NCBI GenBank assembly: GCA_022813865.1
Contig: JALDZX010000004.1
Span: forward strand, 248,001-312,000
DNA: 64,000 bases
Reading direction: 5' to 3'
DNA from: Xylographa opegraphella
Taxonomy: Eukaryota
Shown: piece after piece, positions 49,375 through 61,944 of the stretch
How positions within the stretch are numbered: the first letter of the stretch is position 1
Layout of the letters: the number at the start of each line of letters is the position of its first letter
Program-made: the position numbers and the translations under genes
The notes under the pieces: generated by a model
What the model saw: only the letters and a program-made list of their open reading frames with translations
Database searches by the model: none
What the model was told of the DNA's origin: nothing

Positions 49375-51959
49375 CAACTGATATGAAGTGTCTTTCTAGA
49401 CCCGAAGGGTCACTGCCACTTCTTATATTGTACATAGTATGAAAAAGCATGAGCGAGACGATCTTGTAGATTTTTGATAAGCCTGGAACAGCTGCGCGCA
49501 ACGTTTCTCCGTTGTATCATACCATAGATCCATACTCATATTCCTACTAGAAAGTTGAATATGAAATTTTAATGTAATATATAACATATTCAATCCATTC
49601 AAGCATCAAGTATAAGGTACGTGCAACAAGTGTGTATGAAATGCAACGCGTGCCTAGAAACTGCAACACATATGGAAAAACTGTCATTAAAGCTTCGGAC
49701 ACAGAATTCAGGACGAGTTTGCGATAAGTTACGTAGCATTTCATGGGCTTATGAACTGTATCAAGTCAAATGGTTGTGTATGCGTAACAAACTTTGAGGA
49801 TAGGTAGAAGATATTCTACACAGTAGAAAATCTGCAACAGGTCTTGGCGACGGCTAGTCCTAGACTAGTCGACGGAGGAATTAATCCGTACATCCGGCCG
49901 ATAACTTAGCATTCGGATTTTTCTATGATTGCATTATAGCCACCACCACTATCAATGGATAGTTAGCAATCCCAGCTTGATACGCCTCGTGCCTTGTAAC
50001 GCGGTGACATTTGCCACCGGCCTTGAGCTTGCTACCTTTACGGAATGTTCTTTGAAATGAAAATTATTAATGCCAATGCCGACCTCGGAGCTTGAGGAAT
50101 TCGAAAAGGCATTGTAAGAACCGCCGATGACATATATCATAATATATGTGGATTAGTTTACAATTGAGCTCTGCAGATGACCCAAGAATGAGATATTGAA
50201 TGCTCTCGGCCGAGTTCCTCATGTATTTCAAGTGATCAGGCTGCCCAATGGTGGCATTGTTGGCCTGATGCTGCATACCAAGAGTTAGCAGACGTTCTTT
50301 TACCAAGTTGCATCATAGCATGTGCCACTTCTTCTACACGTAACAAAGTTGTAAGCACATCTTTGCTGGTTCCGCATGAAATGACTGGGCTGTGCATTTT
50401 GTGACCTATGATCTCCTTGGATAAGACGCGAGTGGTCCGGTGCGATCGAACAGTCTCGGCAAACGATTGGCAAAGTCGACATGGGCATAACTATTGGAGG
50501 TGACCGTGAGGTTCTTGTGACGTGCCAGTGAGCATCACAAAAATACATCCCTTATCTTGATCAACATCTGGAAACGAGCCGTGTATCTGTGGGTTAAAAT
50601 AGCGGTCGCCAAGCTTATCTTCGGAAATAGGGCACTTCAGAGAGCGACTTCCTTGATCACTTGGAGAACCTGCAGCCAACGAACGACGACTAAAACCAAT
50701 GTGAACGGAGCAAATAGGTGGCGCGGCTTTGAGGGTATTGACCTTTCGAGATAGCTCGTGAGCTCTTTTGCGCGAATCCAATACTCGTGTATTGTGAGCT
50801 TCTGTGTTCATTACTTCGACATATCAACCTCGAAGTAATCCTGTCAAATGTCTAGTGCCTTCGTAGCAAGGGCCGAAATATCCTTAGTCGCGGAAGTTAT
50901 CCTTCGACTGATCGACTTGCGTCTTGGACGAGATCCGTTCTATCAGCCATCAAATCTAGTATGAATATCGGGCATCAATTTTCAAATGATCTGGATGGGG
51001 TCGAGCTCTCGCATTTCAACGCGTTGTAAATTGAAACAAGCCCGCATAAAGCGCAAATACAGAGTGCAATCTCGGAAATTGCGTCAAACTCACAGGTATA
51101 TGGAAACAAAATCATAAGCTTTACAGGCTTCGCCCAAACGCTATCTTCTTTCGGTGCCACCTGTGGCATAAGAACACACCACGTGAGACTCTGCTGTCTA
51201 CTATCTGGATCGATGGGTAGCGAGCCAACCTGCTGTTGTAGCCATCAACGAAGAGTGAATACTGATGGAGGGTACAACGGACTGGTTCTGCAATCGGCAT
51301 CATACATTAGCTTGCCGTCCACCTCTCCTGTTGTTTCGTACAACACAAAAATATCGGCTTGTGCTTCTCGTGCAGTCGTGACTCCTTGTGCAACATATCG
51401 GGACGTCCGTGCCCAATGCATACGCTTCAATCGGGGCATAATCTTTACCCCACAAGCTGCTTTAGCTCCGTGTCCCTGCTAGGTTTTGCCGTCGTCGGTT
51501 ATGGAATTGTATCCAAGAACGTGGAGAAGAAATTTGCCTGTGTGGTAACCTTCTGAGCTGGCGATGCAGCGATAAAGCATGCTCGTCGTCACACTAGCTT
51601 TACACATCGTTCCCGCCGATCATTGCTCTGTCCTGCTTCAGTTTGTTCTTGTTTCTCCGGAAATTGTGATTCAATCCATTCCAGCGCCTTGTAGCTGAAA
51701 ACTTTCAGATACTCGACTCTTCAAATTCTGTGCTGGTATACTACAGCGGTGGTCAATCTCCTGATATTTCTAACATTTTTTCTTGTCTCCATTCAACCTC
51801 CTCGTAAACTGCTCGTGGGAGATTACCGCTGCTTTACCTTCCATCTTCCATTTATATCCTATCGATGTAACGGCGTTTGAGTGACCAAATCATCTTGTCC
51901 GCTTCACAGAATTTTGTTGATAGAAATTGTTTAATATGGTTATGAATATTCTGCAATCA

Positions 51960-53031
51960 TGGCGACAGTCCGTCCTTGGCCAAAGTCGTCTTTCTGATCT
52001 CCCTCCGCAACTCCTCTGAGACAAGTTACTGGAAAGTTCACAAGTCAGAACGAGATAGTGAAAGTAGCGAAGAAACACTTGAACCATTCATACAGCTCCT
52101 CACCCCAGTCACTACCGGCCGCCCGAACTGGCGTATTATTTTCTTCATCCTTCTAATATAACACTGCAGCGCTGGTGACAATATACTTCGGCCTCAATGA
52201 TAGACCCAGTCCTCCTCTGCCAGGACGAGGCTTCTTACCCCCCGGTAAATTTTTCATACCACAACAATAGTAGCAAAGTGTTTCAGCCATTTAATCTTTC
52301 AGCAGCACGGTACGAGGAGCGTATCTTCCACGATGACAACCTGTGTCCCGGACCCGGTAGTGATGCCGACTGGGCCGCGGTACTCCCTCCCGGCAACGGT
52401 TTTGTGATCGTCGATAACCCTGAGCGATACGGAGAGCCCAATGGCGTTGCCTATTTTGACAGTTACAAACGCTATGGTGGGACCTGTGGCTTGTTGTCCA
52501 TTACTTTTTCGTTCTACCACAGCTGATTACCCGAAGCGCACCAATTCCATTGTATCATGAGTTCCATCCGAATGATTGGAGACGGGCGCCAGGATCTCCT
52601 CGCTAACGCTCCAGTGCCTCCTGGTGGATGCTATGCTCAGAGTTTGGCGTCTCCTGGAACGCAACTCGACCCTTGCCGATGCGGATCTCGACTCTCACGA
52701 TGAGGATTCTGCGTATCTGTGGCATCTGGCGCATTGCTTCGGGTATCTGAGGCACACGATAGTCTGCAAAATGGACGTGATGCTCGAGTACCCGACGCTG
52801 AAAGGGGCCCATGAGTGGACCATCAACGGCTACGAAATTCCGCATCAGTGAATCAGAAGGGTGAGTCGCTAATGCTAGCCTCTGCGGTCGCGCTTACACG
52901 ATAGGTAGGAACCGTGAGATGAGTTTGTGGACGAAGGTAAACCGGATCCGTGGGAGGTGAGAAAGCACGAGAGGGTGTCGAGGTTGAAGGAGGAGCAGAA
53001 GGATCAAAGTCACCATCGGAATGCTGGTTGA
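51960..53031 (+). pseudogene. UstYa/DUF3328-family oxidase, inactivated
   Basis: N-terminal TM, then DADWAAVLPPGNGFV, first HXXHC (HQFHC at 52539) and second HXXHC (HLAHCFGYLRHTIVCKMD). Lesions: frameshift/stop near 52160, ATGAGT where a donor is expected (52557), TGA at 52849 at the usual HxC Cys, and TGA at 52915. Confidence 0.82.
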
Positions 53032-54174
53032 GGCGTAAGCCACGTCTAAGGGAACCAGGATATGGGAGAAGGCACAGTTGCAGAATTGATGATGTGGTTA
53101 TCTCTGTTTGACCATAGCAATTAGGGCCTTGCTATAGAAAGAACCCTGAACGGAAATGTCTCCCTCCCTACGTCGTCCCCTGCCTCCTGTGCACGACGTC
53201 AACCGTGTCGCGAACCCGCTTGGAAAATCCCACAGAACACCATGAAAACAGAAAACACCACCCCTGATCGATAGCGAGCGACTACTCACGTGGTCCAGCT
53301 CCCATACGCGGACTAGAGACTTTCCCATATCCGGCTAGGCAGTGCAGTCCCACGTGAACAAAATGCGCGCAAAGTCAAAATCATCAACAGAATGGTTTAG
53401 TATCTCCAGGTTTTCTGTAGGTGTAAACACAGCGCAGTGCCGTAACGGCTTTATGGGTTGTTGCCCTGGGGATGAAATTATACATAACCAACTCAACACA
53501 CTCGGATACATTCGTGAAAGCCCAGCTATGTCGCTTCAAAGGCACTCAAGCGTAGTTGGCGGGGCAACAAGGTGCGGTGCGGTGTGCAGCAAAGGTCTAA
53601 GCGAGTTCAACATCAATATAACAACACTCTCTCGTAGGAACAGAAAAGCGGGCATCCCATTCTCATTTATGTAAAACCGATCGATATTATTATGCACAGT
53701 AAAAGAGTAGTAAAGTACAGAAGCACCGCCTATGGCTTCTGTAACCACGCAAAAACACTCCTTGCCATTGCCCGCTGCTTCCGAGCATTTTCCTTCTTAC
53801 CATTTCGCCCCCTCAAACACCAACGGCCAGGTAAGCCGTCTCCGGCGAGCTGTATTCTATCGGTCGTTGGCACGTAGCGTCGTATACATCATTAAAGAGA
53901 ATCTGTCAATCCGTGGTGGAGGAAAGAAACGCTACCAAGATAGACCACGATAATGGTCAGCAGGCCTGACGGTCGTCTTAGAGATGTTGGTTTCTGCCAG
54001 AATAGAGTACTATTCAAGATGATTGATCGTCCTCAGCAACTCTCGCCTATTACAAGAAGCTTTTCTTCCCACTGCTGAGGTTGGAGCAAGGGTACAGCAA
54101 GGTGTGATTAGGTTGATCGGAAGCCGATTCCAAGATCTCCAAGACATACCAATTTTCGGCCTTAAGCTCAGTAT

Positions 54175-56447
54175 TCACTTTCGATCCCATACAGAATGGG
54201 CGTTATAAAAGCTGACGGAAGTTGTAGCGTTGTTGTTTAGAACATCAACGACTTGGAATCCTCTTCTAAGCTCGTTCTCAACAAACTGGGAGGCCTTCTT
54301 GTAGCGTTTGTCGAGATACTTATCGTAGATAGCTCCATGATGTTTCTGTGGGTTCTCGCAGCACTCGAACATCAACTTAACGAGGGGCTGAAGTTGAGAG
54401 TATGTGTAATTGGAGTAGTACACGTGAGCGGGTGACTAAGATACGTCAGTATCGTTGATTCAGTTTACCTTGAATTGACTTACCCAATTTCCTTTCTTTA
54501 GCATCATACGCGCCAGGCAATGCGCACCAGCAGCAGCAAAGCTTGGTGGACTACCTAGAAATCGCTCATCCATGATAGTGATTTCAAGAAAATACTTTGC
54601 CAGTGTACGTGTTTCCAGATCGTAATCATCTGCTTTGCTGATTCTTCTCAGAAAGCTCATCGGACCCGGCCAGCCAAGCTCAAATTGTAGCATACTTAAC
54701 ATGAAGCGTTCGGCCTTGAGGATCTCATCTACTGTATACCCACCATCAACCATATAGACTATCTCCTGGACTGAAGGACAGTTGATCTCTTCATACTTGG
54801 CTGCGACAAAGATCGCAGTGGCTCCGACCAGTTGAAGTTTCCCGAGCGACACTATTTTGCAAGATAGAAAGCGATCGATGTAATTGACGCAAAGGAACAA
54901 GGTTTCCGGAAGAAGTGCGAAGCGATGGTGGACCTGTACAAGCCAGTCCATGAGAACCGATCGCATAGACCATTGAATTTCTGCCTGGTTATCCATATAA
55001 TGGGCGTTTGGCAGCATCTTGATCTAGCCATGCATAAGCGAAGCTCATTTTAATATTGGAAAAGATAGCATACCTCGAGTTCTTTCATGTACTGGAAAAT
55101 CTCGTCGCCATATTCAGCAACCATACTCATATCCCAGGCTTCATCCTCTATCTCATCTGCAGTCCTGTTGTTCTCGACCAGCTCTTTTGCAACGGCAAGC
55201 TCTTTCTTCACCTTGTTTGTCACTTTTGGGAATAAAATAGTGGTAGCGCCGCCAGTGGTATTGTCGCCCCTGGACTTGAACGAACGCGCGGTCATGTATC
55301 CCTCCTCTTCATAGTTTTCTTCGTATTCCTCTTCGTCCCAGTATTCTTCTGGCTCTAACACAGCAGGAAGCAGGTGTGGACGGGCCATCTCGAGCTGTGC
55401 ATTCTCAATCTGTGCGCCGACTAATACATGCAAGCGTGCAGCATTTTCCGCCTTCCGTGTCTCTTCAGGAAGTAATGCTCCATCGTTTTGCTCAATAGGC
55501 TGGTCACAAGGCTCATCGGTCTCATCGGTGTACTCGCAAAAGTGAACGTTGCCGAAGTCATCGATGAAGGCCCCGTCACTACGAGTAATTCCAGTTGTTT
55601 CTGGAACGAGCATAACTGACGCAAGTTCGACATCACTTGGTAGCTCGCCAGTAACAATGTGGGTACTCCGCACCTTCCTTAATTGAGGTACTTCCGGCTT
55701 ATCGTGAATTTGTCGGCCATCGAGGTCGCGATGAACAGGAGCTGCCTGAGATTTGACTGGCAGAACTTGCTCCAGGTCAACGATTGGTTTCTCGACCTGC
55801 TGCGAGAGGGGATCCTTGAAGATTGCAGTGTTTCGTTTAGTCAAAACTTTGCGCGTATTTGCCAGGAGGGTAGTATCCTGCTTTGCATTTCCATTGCTTG
55901 AAGTGTTACCGACGTTATTGAGCAGAGCCTTCAGACCTGAGACAGACATGGGACGTTGCGCAGGGCGCGATAGCGCAATTGGTTTCTTGTCTTGCGGCGG
56001 CTGCATAGCCTTTTCGGACATCTCAAACCCAGCCTTGTTGTTAATGGCTAAATCGTCTCGAGATGGTCGATTGGCAGCTGTGTTGCTGACATCACCGAAT
56101 GCGGTACGCTTGTTTCCAACTCTTATTACACCTGCTAGAGCCATGGTTGAGAGAGCCGGGCTCGACTTATTACGTGAGTGTAGGGTTTTGTGTCCTTGGA
56201 CTATAGGAGGGACGTTCTCATCTCCATGAACACGTATGGCCCTCATCGGTCGCTGAGGCTAGTAAAATCCAATTAGTATTCGGTGGCATACAAACACAAG
56301 ATGCAGAGAGGATAATGTTATGATTGATGAAATGCAATTGAACGGTCGTCACAAGCTTGGTATCGCCAATGAAAGAAGGGTAGTTGTGATGTAATCCTTC
56401 CAGCCCGACACAACTGAATGGTGATAGCTACTTACTTTCGCATCCAT
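54175..56447 (-). CDS. B-type (G2/M) cyclin, Clb3-like; 4 exons
   Basis: Micro-exon MDAK (56447..56436) + PQRPMRAIRVHGDEN. Destruction box RTAFGDVSN. Cyclin box MRSVLMDWLVQVH...LQLVGATAIFVAAKYEE...GPMSFLRRISKAD. Confidence 0.95.
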
Positions 56448-56951
56448 CGCGATTTGACGCGTGGGTAATGTCGATGCAACAGGAGACTTTGACCGGGAAA
56501 CGGGTAAAGGTCTTCGGTGGCCAATTGAGCACCAGGTCCCTAAAGAGACTACAATTAGACGATCACGAACGTCGAGGGCAAACATAGATTTCTATCATAC
56601 CGAAAGACTCGAAGAATGCCGGAGCCTGCTATGAGTAAGTACTGCAGAGGTTAAGGTACTTGGTAAGTTGATGGGCGACGCTCACAAGATGGTGTAAACA
56701 AGAGCATTCAACAGCATCGATAGTGCGGGTAGCCTTGGCACGCTAGTGTTGATCTCTTGGCGCCCGGAAGTAAATAGACACGTCTATCCAAGAAGCGCTC
56801 CGTCGACGTCAGAGCTTGAAAACTCACTACAACCACTACCTCGAAGCTGAACTGGACTTTCCTCTCCTGTCATTCAGCTACCGATTTCATTCTGTAAAAG
56901 CGTTTTCATGCAACGGCCATGGTTCGGTCTACTCGACGCGCTTTCATTATT

Positions 56952-56990
56952 GTCACGTGAACGGATCATGAAAACACGATTTCACGTGAC
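56952..56990. promoter_or_regulatory. Paired inverted bHLH E-boxes (GTCACGTGAA / TTCACGTGAC) in the cyclin/C6-TF divergent region
   Basis: Two TCACGTGA palindromes at 56953 and 56982. A forkhead-like GTAAACA (56694) and an MCB-like ACGCGT (56457) lie closer to the cyclin ATG. Confidence 0.45.
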
Positions 56991-59038
56991 TGGGTACCAG
57001 TGAAATCCAAGATAGCCTCAGTAGTAGAAGGGAGGAAAGCGAATCGTGATAGTCGGACATCTCAGTGGGCCATATCATCAAACTGCTGGCAGTGTCCGCG
57101 ACGAGTGCGCTGCTGTTTTGTCAACAATTAACCGCCGATGGTCGACGCCCCTCTCGAGGACCGTCTGGCCACTGATGACACTTCCCGAGCTTCCCAGGCT
57201 TCGCATTCGTAGCAAGCTTCGAACAAGGATGGGCTGACATGCTGAAAGCTAAACATACTATTCCATCTTCGAAACAACCCACCTTTATTATTACTTTTCA
57301 GCAGTAGCCCTTCGTCGTGGATTCCCACCGTTGGCGCCCTACTTGAAAGACTGGTCGCATCAATTGCATGTACACGTCGTTGCGATTCCACGAGCGCGTA
57401 TCGTGCTGCGCAATAAAAAGCGCCCTGGTGAAGGTTACAGTGCTGGTTTCTCTGCCGTACTAGCCGAATCGGACCTGCTCAAAGGAAGTTCGAGGCATAT
57501 GCCGTTTATACATATACGCAGCAGCGGAGACGGCGGAGACGGCGGAAAGTCGCAAGCTTTTAGCGTGGTGCGCAGAGTCCTCCCACGGCGCAGATCTTTA
57601 GCGTTGCGAGTGCGATTCATCTCTCGCCGATGCGACTTGAAATGTGAAGATGCTTTGAATCTGGTCGTCGGCATCCATCTCACTCGCCTGCGCTGTAACC
57701 TTGTGGGACATTTTGTCGATGCTTTCTGAGCAAGGGCAGCGCTCCTGCGGCGCATGCAATCTGACAGCATTATCACCAACCTATATCACCGAGAGAGGCA
57801 GTGTTCTCCCCCACGCAGAGACACTCCCTTTGGTCTTAGCGTAATACCACCTCATCAACCGGAGGAATGTCTCCATTCAATTCCTCAATCATGACTACAG
57901 AGTATCGATCGTAGAGTTGGCGCATCCTTGAGACATGACTTGGGTAAGTTAACGCAAGTGCTCCCGCACCGCAAAGTTCAGCGTTTGGCATGCAGAGGGA
58001 TCATTGGCCCGATTGCTTTCGAATGGCTTAGAGGGCACCTACCTTAGTTTCCTGGCCATTGTAATAAGTCCTGCATCTGTAGCAATTGACCCTCTCCTCG
58101 GTCTGGCCTATATCCCACCTAGACCGCTCCGCCAAGGGGGCCCAAGAGGCCTCCGCTTTAGCCATATCTGCAGACGCCTTCCGGCCACGCCTAAGCCGGC
58201 TTCTGATACTGCGACGGAAGGCCCCTCTGGAGCTGTTTCAAAGCATCAGACACTCCGTCTACAACTCGTTCCTATCCTATCGAGACTTGAAAGCAATCGG
58301 CGCTGTATTGCATAGCCAACGATTCGTTGTCGCCCATCGATCGTGCGTGCAGCTTGTTGAGTTGTGCAAGTGGAGGCTTTCGCTACGCGGCCACACCCTT
58401 CCGCTCACTCTTTCTCCCTCCATCAACATCCTCTCCGTTACCCACTTCAACTTCGGTCACCCAGGTACAGCATTAGGTAAGTCTTCTTGTGGCAGTTCTC
58501 CATCTACCCATTCATTGCCCTGTTCCAGATCCCAAGGTTATCATTCCTGACCCAACATTGTATCTTCTTAGAATCGCTGACACGACTGGCACTCCAGGAG
58601 TCCGGCAGCCGCTGAGGAAAGAAGCCTGACCAACAACCACAGGCGAGCCATTTTCCTATCAAAGTCATAAAATTGCTACTACATAGGTATGCGATTAATA
58701 ATTGCAGAGGTTCTTCTGTCATACACAAGAATCTCGTTATCTCGTCTTCCGAGCATACTGCCTCTCTCCTAGTCACGATGAAAGCAGCATGCGTCTCATC
58801 TTCATCATGGCTTTGATGACAGCACTCCACACATAAATTCGTCGTGTCGTATCATTCCACCGTCGCTGACACAGAGCAGTATAGTCGCATCTTACCCATC
58901 AAGGTCATCGAGCGTTTGCGACGACAATCTTCCACATTACAACCGTGCTATCCATCCCCAAACTCAGATCCTTGATTTCTTCGTCAATGAGAAAAGAGGT
59001 TCTGAGGTGCTCTTGAAACACCAAAGGACATCAGCGCT

Positions 59039-61290
59039 ATGAACGTCTCCAATATGCTATCCACCGGGGCTCCAGCAGGTATTCATCTGCAAGAGGAGAC
59101 ATCGGCACCACAACATGAGCACTACCATCAGTACCCTACACGACGGTCGACTTCGGTCATGCGCCCTCAGCCGAGTCATCCGGGGCAACCTGAATATAGT
59201 GCTGAGATTTCTGCAGCGCCAATTCTTACTCACAATGGGGGAAGTACAAGTCCTAAGAACGTGGCTTTCGAATTACGCTTGGATGGAGCGCCTAACTACA
59301 GAGCGCGCTTGCCAATGAGGGTACAAATCTTCCCTCATGACACGACCGAATCTATCGTCACGACAGTCAAGAACTTCTATGGCCTTTACGAGGGTGCCGC
59401 CAGTGGTGTTAGCTTCGAAGACGACCAAGGCAATACGCTGATTGCTAGATATGAGAATTTTAGGAACAACATGATTGTGTACGTTCGAGTGGTTTCTGAT
59501 TACTCGCAGTCCCTAGAAGAGCATGGACAAACACCGCACGGCTCTATTTCTCCTCACAGACGTACTCACTTGGACGATGTACCAAGAATGCTTCCACCAT
59601 TACCAGCACAAGCTCTGCACTATGGCCAGCCCCCATCGCGTCCAGCCTCTCGAGTATCCCGTAAGCAAAGTGCATCGCCTAGACTGGGCACTGCTCAACA
59701 GAGCACTTTTGGGCCAAAGTCACGCTCGCGGTCTGGGGTCAAAAGCCACTCGTCAAGCTTTCAAGCAAACTTGGACGATCTTAATAATGATGCAGCGAAT
59801 GGCTACAGCAGCAGCGACGGAGGGGCTGCTTCAGTGACCAGCTCACGCAAAGCGAGGAGTGAGCAGTTGGCGAGTGCAGAAATCAGTGTAGACAATATCG
59901 TGGAAGGAGGTCGAAGGAAGAGAGCTAAGTTCGAAAGCTCGGTATGTGCTAGGATACTACCAATGACAAAAGACCGCATAAAAGTCAGACGTACTGATGG
60001 CATACCCACATATAGGAATTACCGCTTTTCGTTCCACCACAGGTGCCCGCTCCAAATTCAATATCTTCCATTTCGCCGCAGCGACGGTCCAACGGCCTCG
60101 AAAATGTATCACCTTTTGCGAGGCCCACCCAGCGTAATTTCGTTTACAGCGTGCCTCTGCAATCCCCTCAAGGTTATGCCTTCAATGATCACTCGCCAGG
60201 CAATGTGCAACCGAGTGGCGCAACCTTTGCTATGCCCCCAGCGACAAGCCACGGACATCGGCTGCGTGATCGGATCAGCGGTCCAAGTATATCCACCCGT
60301 TCGGTATCCGGAACAATCCCACGACCACTGGGTGCCGGAATACTCCCCACCCCGGATCCGACCATTGCCAGCTGCATCTCGGATGAGGACGTCGCATTAC
60401 AACTGATGCGCCTTGGCGATGCTTCGAATTTCTCACATGGCCGCACATCAGCCTCTACGCTGGACGATGCTTTCAGTGGACGTGCCGATGCTGCATCTTC
60501 TATGACCAGTGAAAGCGAGGAAGAGAGCGAAAAACCTGAACAACCAACCCTGCCACCTACACGTGTACCAGTTAAGACTGAGTCTGGTCTAGGTCATGTG
60601 AACGGTGGCTTTAAAAAACAGCGCAAGCATTTGAATGAGGTCCTACCAAGTGTCGATAGCACCGAGCCTAGTAGTGATGAGGTGGATGCAGATTATGAAG
60701 AAGGTGTCTTCAGGAGCGATCTCGACGACAATGCTGTTCACAGCGGCCAAGGTGGGAAATCGAAGCTGTACAAAGGAAAGGCTGTTGTCAGCACTACTTA
60801 TAAAGCTCGAACCACTAGCGCTTCGACCAAGACGTCTAGAGCTTTTAAACCTGTTACTGGGGTAGGCAAGAAATCTAGACCATCTTCCCTCTCCACCGCT
60901 GCACAAGCTCCAATTTCACCAGCATCAATTCCCAGTCTATCCAGGAAGCCGTCTTCAGCTTCTACCATCAACTTTCAACATCAGCTGGGAGTTGACGAGG
61001 ATGATCTATCATCGAAACCACGGTGTCAAAGATGTAGAAAGAGTAAAAAAGGCTGTGACAGGCAGCGTCCATGTCAGCGCTGTAAGGATGCGGGGATTGG
61101 CGTTGATGGGTGTATCAGTGAAGATGAAGGTAACGGTCGAAAGGGGCGTTATGGACGTCACATGGGAGTGCCCGTGAAAAAGGGCAGTGAGGGTTATGTT
61201 CCCGACGAGTCTGAGACGGCTGGTGCGATTCTTACCGAGATGGCTGGAGTACAAGCCAGCCCAGAGAAGAGTAAGAAGAGGAAGAGGTGA
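59039..61290 (+). CDS. Zn(II)2Cys6 finger protein with C-terminal zinc cluster (2 coding exons)
   Basis: Intron 59942..60015 (GTATGT..ACTGAT..TAG) joins RKRAKFESS|ELPLFVPPQ. C-terminal CQRCRKSKKGCDRQRPCQRCKDAGIGVDGC and a terminal KKRKR NLS. Probable 5'UTR intron from 58477. Confidence 0.9.
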
Positions 61291-61944
61291 ATGTGTCGAA
61301 CGCTGTTGAACTATGCGACCCCAATTATGTCCGATGTTTTTTTGTTCTGGTGCGTAATTGTTATGCAGTCTATCCATGTTGTTAGCGTGTGGCGTACAAA
61401 GGCGTATCCTTTCCCAGTTTTGTACGGCTGGTTGGATCGATGGCCTGGGCTGTCGGGACTTGCTCTAGAGCCCAGTCAACCTTCCTTTGTTCTCTATTTC
61501 CTAGCAACGAAAAGTTCAGTCTCTTTTGGCTCGCTGCGTATTGGGCAGGTATGGCGAACAGGTGTGAGTTATAATGAGGTCAGATTTCAACATTATCACC
61601 AAACCCGCAAGATAGATGGAGACTGAAAGAAGCGAAACAATATAAATGATGTTCTCATAGCTTCATTGAGATTCGAAAGACCTGTGCGTACTAGATCTAC
61701 CATTGTGAAATGTGACTTACGGCGTTAATGGACTTAAGAAATAGGCGGGGGACTGGTATATTAGCGCTTTGGCGGTTTATCGTAGTGAGATGCGGCATAG
61801 GGTGGGTTGGACAAAAATCCAAAAGCTGTGGCCCACCCTGATTTGTGGCTGACACTTCTTAAAAGACCACTTTTCAAAAATGCTTTTGCTAGTGAAATAC
61901 GTAGTCTTAGCAGCTCACTAATACGATTGGAGGCGTTGGCTTCA

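Noticed and set aside
49555..49593. 9-bp inverted repeat in an AT-rich 3' region
   Set aside because: Low complexity; likely chance.
52849..52917. Selenocysteine or A-to-I-corrected TGA codons in the DUF3328 gene
   Set aside because: An independent frameshift and a dead splice donor make ordinary decay the simpler explanation. Editing would give Trp, not Cys.
58504..58830. SWSASRVS peptide resembling the Gti1/Pac2 WOPR motif
   Set aside because: Flanking residues do not match the domain, and it lies antisense within a probable 5'UTR intron.
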